DNA of 64,000 bases from Octopus sinensis (Eukaryota). The DNA is taken from contig NC_043006.1 of assembly GCF_006345805.1 (NCBI RefSeq), positions 80,538,001 to 80,602,000 of the forward strand. Reading direction: 5' to 3'. The notes beneath the pieces were generated by a model. It was not told the DNA's origin, ran no database searches, and worked only from the letters and a program-made list of their open reading frames with translations. The stretch's first letter is position 1. Every line of letters starts with the position of its first letter. Below, one piece after another: positions 43,284 through 54,729 of this stretch. A program made the translations under genes and the position numbers.

Positions 43284-45188
43284 TTAAGAATGCATTTTGT
43301 ACCAACATTTGCAGCACGATTCTTTGAAATGGCGTCTAACGACTTTCGTTGACAAGAATGTAATACTAATTATTAAACCGACATACGCATTCCCAATTAA
43401 GCTGATCACGAAAAAGTCGTACATTTCGGCAAAGCCAAATATTGGTAATATATACCATGTTAATCCCATTATAAGGCTTAATTTAAAATAAATCATAATT
43501 CCTATATTTGTACGTACTCCAAGAGATTTGGATGAGTTTTTCCTAGCTAAACAGAGACCCACGACTGTGACGAGGAAAATCAATGCATTCATTGATAAAA
43601 GTGTTATCAGCGGAACTCCAAGAAGCCACTTCGGAATTTCATTTCTATCATACCAACAAACATATCCGTGCATATCTTCAGGAGAAATGGTCTGCAAATA
43701 TATCAATGTTGCAATCACAAATATAAGTGGAGACATCCAAGCATATAAAGAATAAAAGATAAATCTCCTCCCTTGTTTTTCTGCAACTGGAAACTTTATA
43801 ATTCCTGAAAATACATATAAAGCATCAAATGAAATAACATTCATCCAAAAAGCAGACGCTAACACGAAATAATGCAACAATATATCGCCTACGTTACACA
43901 CCAATCGACGTTTTATAACAAGTCTGATGAAATATACAAACTCTGTTGCACACATTGAGGATAAAAGTCCAATGGTTAGTTTACCTGGTAATGTACGGAG
44001 TTCTGGTATACAGAAATAGACCGTAATAGTGATGATTAGAGCTACACTGGAGAACAATGTTCCCGTAAATACAAGGTACATTTCAGGAACCATACTTGCC
44101 TTTCTCTTATAATTATTTACACAAATACTAATACCTTGGGGATCTCGAATGAATTCTGACTGGTTTAGCACCGTTCTGGAAGAATTCAGATAGATATATC
44201 CATCAAGATTGAAAGAATACTCAGGCTCTTTTAATCTTTCGGTGGTACAATTTAAGATGAAACTAAAGTCAACTTGTCGGCATTCAATCTTCAGTTCGTC
44301 GTAAAGAAATCCAGGTGAACAATATGGCAATTCTTTCAAATATACTTTTTCATTATTTGCATTTAATAGTTCAACTGTGTTATGATTATAGTTAAATATT
44401 GCTATTTGTCTGTACTCCTTCTTTCCATGTGATATTTTTGAAGAGATCGTCACGTTGCACTCAATATTATTAATACCAATACCATTACAAATTGCGCAGT
44501 GAATGTTTCTAAAACTAGTCCCATTTGATCTGACAATAGCCATTGGTTCAAACATACAAGGAGAATCTAAAGATGCATTGGTAAATTTTGTGGGACAACT
44601 TGAAACATAATCAGTGCATGGATATTGGTAATTGCTAAAGTTCAATGGCGCTTCAATCGATACATTACAATGATTATTTCTCAATATGCGAGGGAAGTTT
44701 GATAAATCCATATCTGTCTGATGATTGCATTTGTAGTGAACTGTCCATAATATGTATTCTTCACCGTTGCACAGAGCACAGAACAAATTCCTGTAAAGTC
44801 TTTTAGTTCGTTTTCCCAGAGCAGGTATGGTGTATAATTGGTCATTTTCATTCGGTGTTTCACAATAGGTAAGGTGTTCTGTAACTGAATGGTTGCTTGG
44901 ACAGCGATCGAATAGAAAATAACTTTCTAATTTATTATCACTAATTTTCCTGCAACTATAATCCACTGATGGGGTTCCATGGTCACTTATTGTTTCATTA
45001 ATTACGTCTGAACAACATTCATTATATAGATTACAATATTTATGACAAGAACATCTTTGCAAACTTTTTGTATCACAAAGTGAAGGATAACATTCAATAT
45101 TTTTCACCGAACAATATGAAAGCCGGATAACTTGGTTTCCAAAAGCTATCAGCAGAATGTGTAAGAGATTCCAGAAATGATGTTTCAT
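43284..45188 (-). CDS. Intact single-coding-exon family-B/Methuselah-like GPCR with signal peptide, SMB-like domain and Cys-rich repeats (634 aa)
   Basis: Signal peptide; CSCHKYCNLYNECCSD; YRNLFCALCN; FRNIHCAICN; CSPGFLYD. Seven hydrophobic segments carry family-B-like motifs ELRTLPGK, LHYFVLASAFWM..FD, YAWMSP and KLSLIMGLTW. The tail is FLSTKVVRRHFKESCC. Confidence 0.93.
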   Translation of the reverse strand: MKHHFWNLLHILLIAFGNQVIRLSYCSVKNIECYPSLCDTKSLQRCSCHKYCNLYNECCSDVINETISDHGTPSVDYSCRKISDNKLESYFLFDRCPSNHSVTEHLTYCETPNENDQLYTIPALGKRTKRLYRNLFCALCNGEEYILWTVHYKCNHQTDMDLSNFPRILRNNHCNVSIEAPLNFSNYQYPCTDYVSSCPTKFTNASLDSPCMFEPMAIVRSNGTSFRNIHCAICNGIGINNIECNVTISSKISHGKKEYRQIAIFNYNHNTVELLNANNEKVYLKELPYCSPGFLYDELKIECRQVDFSFILNCTTERLKEPEYSFNLDGYIYLNSSRTVLNQSEFIRDPQGISICVNNYKRKASMVPEMYLVFTGTLFSSVALIITITVYFCIPELRTLPGKLTIGLLSSMCATEFVYFIRLVIKRRLVCNVGDILLHYFVLASAFWMNVISFDALYVFSGIIKFPVAEKQGRRFIFYSLYAWMSPLIFVIATLIYLQTISPEDMHGYVCWYDRNEIPKWLLGVPLITLLSMNALIFLVTVVGLCLARKNSSKSLGVRTNIGIMIYFKLSLIMGLTWYILPIFGFAEMYDFFVISLIGNAYVGLIISITFLSTKVVRRHFKESCCKCWYKMHS

Positions 45189-45699
45189 GCTGAATATATA
45201 TTTTATAGAGCCACCTATAATTTAAAAGTATTTATGTCTCATTACATTTGCAGCATCCAAAATTTGATTTTGTTCATGGTATATTCAGTCTATATTTCTA
45301 TTAGCAAATATGGACATATAATTAAGATTTACTAAATAATATGAGGATGATCCGTTGAATGAATTACGTCGCACATGTCGTCTCTGTTAAAAGAAAGAAA
45401 GAAAGAATACATTAAGATTTTGTTTAACAAAAACTAAGTAATATATTAATGTTTAATTTTCAATATTTTCTAATAGATCCATTGTTTGCTTCAGAATATT
45501 TTTTAATATGCTACTTCTGTTAAGGCTCTTTCAATCTTTTATGCCTATATATCTCAAAACCGAATTGATAGAAGTTCAATGGAATTGTATGAAATAAATA
45601 TGGTTTTTGAGAATATTTTTGGTTTTCATACGTGAAATATTTTACTTCCATATTACCGTCCATGGGCGGTAATAGTTTTGTAAAATAGTATTTTCCGTT

Positions 45700-46330
45700 T
45701 AACAGCCCTGAGCGGATTTTCTGAAAATCATAAGTATTTGCACCCATCCATTCTATAAGTGACAAATCACAGAGTGGAAAATTTTGAATTGGCAGCAAAT
45801 CGGTGCAGATTAAAGAGGCGTCCAGACGATCGATACCTGACATTTATTCCTAGAGGTCTAACCTTAGCAAAAGCATGAGTAAAAGTAGCAAGAAAAAGTT
45901 GGGGCAAGGATGTCACCCTGCTTGACACTATTCTCTGCTGTAATCGTTCCCGCCATGCCACTACTAACATTGGCCCAAGCCTCTATCCCATCATGAAATG
46001 ATTTAATTAAAGATATAAAGTGACACGGGCATCCAAGTTTGCCGAGTATTTTCCATAGTAATGCCCTATGTACAGTATCAGAGTTTTGGTTAAATCAATG
46101 AATACCTGGACACGACCTATATTCTGCTAACAACATTTCTCCTGCATCTGTCCTGCTGTGAAAATAATATCCATTGTTCCTTTACCAGATCCTTGCCGGC
46201 AGGTGATAGTAGAGCAATACCTCTGTAGTTACCACTCATTATTCTGGTTCCTTTTCCTTTATAGAGAGGAAGAATAATTGCATCCTTCCAATCCTTAGGC
46301 ATTGCACCATATCCACTAGACTACACTAAT
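45700..46330 (-). mobile_element. RTE-clade LINE RT fragment (paralog of 21700-22390)
   Basis: PKDWKDAIILPLYKGKG..SGNYRGIALLSPAGK, followed by an extra internal deletion. Confidence 0.85.
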
Positions 46331-46836
46331 AGGCTCATGAACGGACTGTATTATGTAATCACCACCAAATCGTGAGTGGCAATCAAATGATTCAAGCAAC
46401 CAAAAATAATTAATCTCTGATGCTTGTAACTACAGTTTACTTTCGGATATTCCTTCTCTTTTGATGTACTCTGTAGAAACATTGAATGAAGCGGCAATTT
46501 AAAAGTGTTTCCATTTAACTATGTACACTTGGTTTTGAGACTATTTTCAGTTCATGTGATTGTTGGGTATGTAACTGTATTAGTTAGGCATCACTCTTGA
46601 GGGTGAAAGCGGCGTATATTTTTCGGCTACAAATTGATTGAGGAATGATGTTTGCGGTGTTTGTGTTCGGGTATATCGTTTCGTAGCGGGAGCATTATTT
46701 TTAATGGAGAAATAACATAAAAACAATATAACTTTTGACTGTTGAGGTTTTTTATGGTATTCTGAGCGTGTAGTAACAGATCCGTTAGGTGTAGTAAAAA
46801 TTTGACTATACTTGTGATTTGTGTGCGGTGAAATGA

Positions 46837-48090
46837 TTAAATCAAATTCATTTCATGAATATTATTTTGTTTCGTGAAATAATTTGCAGCATGCTTGTTT
46901 GAAATGACGTCTAACGGCTTTCGTTGATAAAATGTAATACAAATTATTAAACCGACATAATAATTTAATGTGAAGCATATAGTGATTGCGTCATGCATAT
47001 AGGCATAGACAAATATTGGTATAAAAACCCAAGTGAAACCCATAATAAGGCTTAGTTTAAAATAAATCATAAATCCTGTTTTCTTACGTAGTCCAAGATA
47101 TTTTGATGAGCTTTTTCTAGCTAAATAAAGACATATTACGGTAATGAAAAACATCAACGTATTATTTGATAAAAGTGCTATTACAGGAAATGCAAAAAAC
47201 CACTTGGAAATCCTGTCCTTAAGATAACAAAGAATGTATTCACGCGGACGTTTAGGAGAAATGGTCAGCGAAAATAGCAGTGCCACTATCACAATTGCAA
47301 GTGGAGTTATCCAAGCATATAAAGAATAGAAGATAAACCACTTCCCTTGTCTTCCTGCAACTGGAAATTTTATAATTCCTGAGAACGTGTACAAGGCATC
47401 AAATGATATGACATTCATCCAGAGGACTGGTGTTAGTATTAAATAATGCAACAATGGGTGTAATACAAAACACGGTATTTGAATTTTTGTATACCTGACG
47501 ATGAAGATAAAAAATTCGATTACAAACATGGAGAACAACAGTCCCATGATTAGTTTACCTGGTAATGTACGGAGTTCTGGTATACAGAGATAGACTGTAA
47601 TAGTTATGAATATTGCTACAACGGGGGACAATAATCCGATATACATCAGAGAAAATAAAACCCCTAACTGCCTTCTCGTCTCATGATCATTTACACAGAT
47701 ACTTATCCCTTGAGGATCTCGACTGAACTCTGACTGGTTTAGCCATGTCTGGGAAGAATTCAGATATAGAAACCCATCACTAGTAAAATGATATTCCGAT
47801 TCCTCTAGCCTTTTAGTTGTACAATTTAACACAGAATTAAATCTAACTCGTCGGCATTCATTCTTTAGTTCATCATAAACAAATCCATGCGAACAAGGGG
47901 ACAATTCTTTAATATAGTTTCTTTCAGTGGATGCATTTAATAATTCAACAGTTTTATTATGATGATGACAAGAACATCTTCGTTGCAAACTTTCAGCATC
48001 ACAAGTTTCTACCAAACAATATGACTGTTTAATGACTTCATTCGCAAAAGAAAAAAAAATCTGAAAGAGATTCGGGAAGTGGTGTACCAT
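46837..48090 (-). CDS. GPCR paralog 2b: open frame (417 aa from MVHHF), complete 7TM, ectodomain largely deleted in frame; expression uncertain
   Basis: LQRRCSCH joins directly to HHNKTVELL, skipping ~650 bp present in 2a and 1b. All seven TM segments are retained. The C-tail is frameshifted relative to paralog 1. Confidence 0.72.
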   Translation of the reverse strand: MVHHFPNLFQIFFSFANEVIKQSYCLVETCDAESLQRRCSCHHHNKTVELLNASTERNYIKELSPCSHGFVYDELKNECRRVRFNSVLNCTTKRLEESEYHFTSDGFLYLNSSQTWLNQSEFSRDPQGISICVNDHETRRQLGVLFSLMYIGLLSPVVAIFITITVYLCIPELRTLPGKLIMGLLFSMFVIEFFIFIVRYTKIQIPCFVLHPLLHYLILTPVLWMNVISFDALYTFSGIIKFPVAGRQGKWFIFYSLYAWITPLAIVIVALLFSLTISPKRPREYILCYLKDRISKWFFAFPVIALLSNNTLMFFITVICLYLARKSSSKYLGLRKKTGFMIYFKLSLIMGFTWVFIPIFVYAYMHDAITICFTLNYYVGLIICITFYQRKPLDVISNKHAANYFTKQNNIHEMNLI

Positions 48091-49362
48091 GTTGAATATA
48101 TTTTCAAATAATTTACACAACGAATTAACATTATATTTGATTTAATGTCAATCTATATTGAGACTATTTCTTCTTGAAATAGTAACAAGAAATTCCATTG
48201 AATGAATCGTTTAATAACTGTTGCATCTGTAAAAGATAAAAAAAAACAAAAGCAACAAATAAACGAACACCGTATTAAGATGATGTTTAACAAAATTTAC
48301 GAAAGAAACAGTATAATAACGAAAAAACTTGATATCAACTTACATTATAACGGAATTTCGTAAATATACATATGAGGCAAGAACGCAAAAAAAGTTTTAT
48401 ATATTTCAAACAAAATACGTAAGGTAAAATTTGAAATTAAATCATTTCGTAATGGTACTAAAGACGTAAGTAGTAAATGTGGAAAACATTGGATGATTAT
48501 GGTGACTTTAAATGGGATTTGTTTTTCGATTCTGTGGCTTCATCTCCGTGTTAGAATATTAGTTGCTTGTATTCTTTTGAATTCTCAGGCACGTCTCATA
48601 AAATGTTACAGTATAACGGGAGAAAACTCGCCGTTACAAGTCCAGGGCCCATATGTTTTAATTTCCAATGGATGTTCTCATATCATAACTAATAACGAGT
48701 TGAGAATTTGCAAAACAAATACACGTCACTGAGAGTACAATTTATAACCATAGATCCTTAAATATATATAAGAACGCTTGTCACAAAATTGTTCATCCTG
48801 AAAACGACAGCCTTAGAAGGAGCAAGTTCTGGAATATAAGGGAAGGGAGACAGCAACAATAGCGATACCGTGGTCGTCTTTTCCACGTCGTTAGTAAGCA
48901 GCATGCTGATTATTGTGCAACCTGTGAATACACTTTAAGCCCATTTTGAGTATGACGAGATCATTACGAATAATAATTCTGCACATACCAGCTAAGTTGA
49001 ACTGTCTAAAGTCGAAAGACGCCTGTTGATTTTGTCTTGTTATTATTATTATTGTTTTTTGTATTTATATTGGCATTATTTTTTGTTTTGTTTTGTATTT
49101 ATATTCGTGTAACATCGTCCGTTTTTCTGTCCTTGTTTCGTATATATTCGATCCTTTTTCCAAGAAATCTAATGCTCGTAGCTTAGTTTTTCCTTGGAGC
49201 TGGCCAGATCGGAGCACTCTCAGGATTAACCAGCCAAAATTGCGAGAATGATCCGGTTCTGGACTGAAGATTAGAGGCCGTTCGTTCTTTGTTTCGTCAA
49301 TTTGAATGTTTTGCGTTCGTGTCCCATTTTGTATTTTTATATATATTTTTTATACATACATA

Positions 49363-49403
<41 letters not shown>

Positions 49404-49658
49404 CTGGCATTATGACCCGTCGTTGCTGGGTCATAGTGCTAATGCATGTATATATATGTACATATTACATGTACATCTATATATATACAATGGTTGTATA
49501 CTGTCAATCTAACAAAAACGTGACAGCAGGGGGTACACCACCGTTATATAGCCCCAGGAGGCATCGAACGCCTCCTGACAGCTTCGACACATTTTATCCT
49601 GTGTACTTATATACACATACGAAGGGGAGACAAACACACCCAACCGCCGGAAATGCAT

Positions 49659-49702
49659 CTAGGGACACCGTGTTTCAGGATCATTGACCTTCATCGGCCT
49701 AG
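49659..49702 (-). ncRNA. Minimal type I hammerhead with CCGAUGA core
   Basis: CUAGG-CCGAUGA-AGGUCAAUGAUCCU-GAAAC-ACGGU-GUC/CCUAG. Stem I is 5/5 bp. Confidence 0.78.
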
Positions 49703-49876
49703 AGTAGCAGACAGTATACAACCATTATATCGCTCCACCACCGTACACCTCTCTACGAGAGATTTAGAAACTCAATATTTCTTATTTTGATAATCAGTGA
49801 ATAGACTTCACTGACTATAGATATATACAAATACGAAGTCGAGACAGATATCGCCAGCTGACCGGTGTCTGCTACT

Positions 49877-49920
49877 CTAGGCCGATCAAGGACAATGATC
49901 CTGAAACACGGTGTCCCTAG
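49877..49920 (+). ncRNA. Second copy of that hammerhead with an additional G8>C core change (CCGAUCA)
   Basis: CUAGG-CCGAUCA-AGGACAAUGAUCCU-GAAAC-ACGGU-GUC/CCUAG. Confidence 0.7.
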
Positions 49921-51388
49921 ATGCAGTTCCGGCGGTTGGGGGTGTTTGTCTCCCCTTCGTATGTGTATATAAGGACACAGGATAAAATGTGTCGAAGCTG
50001 TCAGGAGGCGTTCGATGCCTCCTAGGGCTATATAACGGTGGTGTACCCCCTACTGTCACGTTCTTGTTAGATTGACAGTATACAACCATTATATCGCTCC
50101 ACCACCGTACACCTCCTTACGAGAGATTTAGAAACTCAATATTTCTTATATATATACATCTACACATAAAATACAAAATACAAAGTTATATCTTGATATC
50201 GCTAGTGATAACAATACTCAAAATATATAACAGACTGGAATTGTAGGCTCGTCCTCCGTCCAAGATATAAAGGTGAAAATAAAATATTTCCACTTTGCAA
50301 GGTTGGAGTCGGGTACTCCCTTGGACGCTCCGTTGACTCGAACCTTGCTTCTATTGTGGCGAATTTACCGCCTCTGGTTAGATATCTTTCATAGTCGCAC
50401 CAAGACACTTTTCGATGGTGCTTTCCTCCAGGTGTTATTTTTCTCTGTATTGTATACTTTATAGACAATAGTCTTTTCTTTAATTTAACTTTTTATTTCG
50501 CTTGGTGATGTTATCCTAGATTCATCGTCTTTGTCGGTGATCAATCCGAAATAGGTTTGTATTTCTTCCATTTTAATTTCAATGAGTTCGCGCCCGCCGA
50601 CGGCTGCAGCGAAATTTATTTTTGGACTTTCTTCTATCGAAGGCATTCTAACAAAAATGCTTCCGTATAAACGGTGAAAATATTGTCAATTTCCCCCAAA
50701 AGAGACACAATTCAATTTTTAAACAATAACCAAAGCTCCTTCTTCCAAAGGTGGAGGGTTACAGTTTACAAATATTTAACAAATGCAACACAACAACGTT
50801 TCCTTTACGAGGAACCAACAAACGTGATAACAATAGTTAAACAGTGAATCAAAAAGCAGTACGCCGTTGAAGCTATAGTCCTTTATGTATAATAGTCCAT
50901 CTGGACTATTCCATTTCTGCATGCTAATTTTATTTTTAATTTATTCCCATTCATGTGAAACTACTTATTCAAGTTCAAGTCATTGATGCAATTTTATACC
51001 AATTGCTACTTTTACTTTTGTTATGTTACGATTATATTATACATAAAATAGAGAAATGCTTTTGTTTCACTTTTAACACGTAATACTGAAATAGTGGAGA
51101 AGATATGATATTGTTATAGGCTCGCCTTAGGCGAGAAGTTGAACCATTTTTTGCCCATGAAACTACATGGACCCTAAGAAAGGTATGTGTAAAATTTGAA
51201 TGAAATTGGTTGTGTAGTTCTCAAGTTTTAGGGAAACACACAGACAGACAGACACACATTCTCAGTTTTATATATATATAAAGATATATATATATATATA
51301 TATATGAATATGTGTGTGTGTGTGTGTGTGTATAAATATTTATATGTATGCGTGTATATATATATGAGTGTGTGTGTATAAATACATA

Positions 51389-51437
<49 letters not shown>

Positions 51438-51536
51438 GTGTGAGTGTGTATAAATATATATTTGTATATATATATATATGTATATATATGTGCATATATA
51501 TATATACATATATTTGTATATATGTGTATACATATT

Positions 51537-51575
<39 letters not shown>

Positions 51576-52389
51576 TTGTATATATATATATATATATACA
51601 CATATTTGTATATTGTTGACTAACACACCGGAGAATTATTTGTTAACTGCAAATTCACGCCTATGCACCACAGAAATATACGGATAGTATACTTTGAAAA
51701 CGGTGCTGAAATTTCATTTCAAAGCATTACATAAGAAAAAAAATTTGAATACTAGAATTCATAACGAACAGTTACCATTAAGTAAATAATATTTAATTTA
51801 CCTGATAGAAAAAGTAATTGGTAACCTCATGAAGCTTTGAAAAGTCGGAGAATTAAGTGATTCCAAGAGTAAAATTTGTTAATTTTGCTGATTTGTGTAT
51901 TCTATATATTTCAGTTCTGCTAAATACTTCTGACGGCTGATGCAGTAATGGTTGTTTTTATCAGTTTTCCAGTTTCGGTATTTGCAAAATGAAGAAAACG
52001 GAAAATATATTTCAACCAATTGAGGTGCGTTACGTCATTAAAATTTATGGTAGTTAGATAGTGTTTTCTTTTACATTATTTTATATTATAACATTTTGCA
52101 CGTTAATTATTAGCAATTTGGTATGACTATCCCATATATCACAAAATAATTGTAGTAAAATGATCTTACTAACCAGGGGAAATTAGTTATGCTAATAGCT
52201 ATACCAATTATCAAATGTACGACATAAAATATCTTATTACTTCACAAAGTTGTGCAGTATCTCGAAAGCGCTTCTTTGGAGGTTCTGGTTCAATTTCAGT
52301 AATGCACTGTTTAATCCGAATTTAGCTTAAACCTTTTCTTTTTTTGGTAAAAAGTTCATAAATTTCCTAATGTTGGGGTGACGAGACCC

Positions 52390-52860
52390 AACTTGAGTTT
52401 TGAATGCTCGGTGCTATTTTTCGATAAAGTTATGTGTTTTAGGCAAATCATCTAGAACTCTTAAATAAATATTCCACATATTTAGTGAGAAGAGAGGTAG
52501 GCGTCACACATCCCTTCTTTTAGACCTTGCAATCCACGTATCCTCGAAATAATCAATGATTTCTTGTGCTTCATCCGGGAAGATGTTGTTATCAAATAAT
52601 AACTGAAGTGCTCTTGTTACCCTGCCTGCTATGACAAATGCTAATGCTGGTAGCATCAGCATCACTAAAGCAAAATTAGTGTCTGTTTCATATTTTCGTT
52701 TTAAACCATTACTTTGAATTACAAGAAAGATACATTGACTGAAGAGGAAAAAGCAACCGTTTTGTTCTGCACAAAGAAATTCTTTCAAAAATGCTTTCAT
52801 CATCGCTTTCTCAAAAGCGATCGTTATTGACAATGGTCTTTTCACTCTGAATAATTCCAA
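52390..52860 (-). mobile_element. MULE transposase fragment (paralog of 27722-28150)
   Basis: ITIAFEKAMMKAFLKEF..GCFFLFSQC..LPALAF..IIDYFEDTWI. Confidence 0.88.
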
Positions 52861-53319
52861 ATAGGAAATGATCTTCTAGAAAAAACCTTTTTTTTAGTAA
52901 ACAGCTATTTTTATAACACATGATAGTAAACAACCAGTTTTATTCCATATTATCGCAAACAACTATTTATACACATCAGCATGATTAATTATCTACTTCT
53001 TTCCACTTCCTACGAATTCATCAAAACAAGAGTAAAAGTATTTTTTAGTCAAATTTTGTTTCAGACAAATTATTTCTGGATTAATACTGTTTTAGAGAAA
53101 TTGTTCTAGACAAATTGCATTTAGATCTATTGTATTTTAAACAATTTGTTTTAGACAAACTCGCAAGCTAGATCCCAACCGTACATACGAGTTGAGGAAA
53201 AGACATTCATTGAAATTCGATCCTGAACATGATTACGCCTGAGAAAAAATAGATCCAATTCGAGGCATATCCAAAATTTGAGGTAAGTAGTTGACCAACA
53301 AAATGAAAGTATAAAGACA

Positions 53320-53620
53320 GATGGAATATTCTGTTTCAATGCAAAAGTTTATCTACCAGTACATGCTGTTTCACCAGATCCCTTAAAACAGCTTTTTACA
53401 GCCGGGAGAAAGTCCAGTTTTTAAGAACATCAGAAAATATAACTCTGCTCTCCAAACGACTTCTTTTGGCACAAACGTCATCGGAGAAAAGGATTCTATC
53501 CCAAGATTTAAAGTGAAATAGTAAATCTATAGTAATAATTGTTTACTTCAGCCCCTAATATAAGATGATCTCGGTTTCGGAATTTGTATTTCCCTGATGA
53601 AACATGATCATAATAGAAAA
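53320..53620 (+). mobile_element. Helitron Rep N-terminal relic
   Basis: Across a frameshift: CFNAKVYLP...PDPLKQLF, then KNIRKYNSALQTTSFG...IPRFKVK. This matches the Helitron-like N-domain pattern NIRxYNSAxQMTSFG...FKVQG. Confidence 0.7.
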
Positions 53621-53802
53621 ACCCGACTTTAAATTTCTGCCCTCTATAAATTTAGGGACGGTGCAACCTACAATCAGCGCCTTAGCAAAGTATCATATCT
53701 GATCGCAAAATATAAACCTATTTTGAATGCTGCCACCACAGATGATACTACTACAAGGACCGTAAAATAAAACCTACACAAATATTAAAAAACGATGGAT
53801 AT

Positions 53803-54450
53803 ATTCTTTTCTACTCCAGGTACAAAGCCCGAAATGTTGGGGGAGGGAACAGTCGATAAGATTAACCCCAGTAAGCAACTGTTACTTAATTTATCGACCC
53901 CGAAACGATGAAAGTCGGCCTAGGCAGAATTTGAAATCTGCACATACAGACAGATGAAATACCTATTTCTTTACTACCCACAAGAGGCTAAACACAGAGA
54001 GGGGACAAACAAGAACAGACAAGCGGATTAAGTGGATTACATCGACCCCAGTGAGTAACTGATACTTAATATATTGACCCCGAAATGATGAAAGGCAAAG
54101 TCGACCTCGACGGAATTTGAACTCAGAACGTAATGGCAGACAAAATACGGCTACGCATGTCGCCCGGCGTGCTAACGTTTCTGCCAGCTCGCCGCCTTAA
54201 ACCATAGATATATATTTATTTCTTTACTGCCCACAAGGTGGCTAAACATAGAGGGAACAAAAAACGACAGACAAGCGGATTAAGTCGATTACATCGACCC
54301 CAGTGCGTAACTGATACTTAATTTATCGCCCCCGAAAGGATGAAAAGCTAAGTCGACCTCGGCTGAATTTGAACTCATAACGTAACGACAGACGAAATAC
54401 CGCAAAGCATTTCGCCCGGCGCGCTAACGTTTCAGGCAGCTCGCCGCTTT
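53803..54450 (-). mobile_element. Three head-to-tail SINEs of the aaggcggcgagctggcagaa family (53803-53945 partial, 53963-54198, 54214-54450)
   Basis: Each is the reverse complement of the 59996-60230 SINE. Confidence 0.88.
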
Positions 54451-54689
54451 AAACGCTAGATATATATTAAGAACAGTCGCTACGCATGAATTTCTTCTAC
54501 AACCACAAAAGGGTCTCTTTTTGGTCTCTTGATCATTAAAGAAGATTCCATGGACAGCTCGACTACTGGGTGATACCACTCACGCCTTTTTCTGTTCTTT
54601 CTTCTTCTTCTTCTTCTTCTTCTTCCCCTCCTCCTTCTTCTCCTTCGCCGTCTCTTTCCTCGGGTGCTGCTGCTGCTTAAACTATCGAA

Positions 54690-54729
<40 letters not shown>

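Larger units (their letters stand above)
49489..50148. mobile_element. Fold-back non-autonomous element: 225-bp inverted arms (49489-49713 and 49866-50090), 152-bp spacer, 75-bp direct repeat (49710-49784 and 50074-50148)
   Basis: Arms were read directly and differ at a few positions. Each arm carries an HHR motif. The element is absent from unit 1. Confidence 0.88.
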
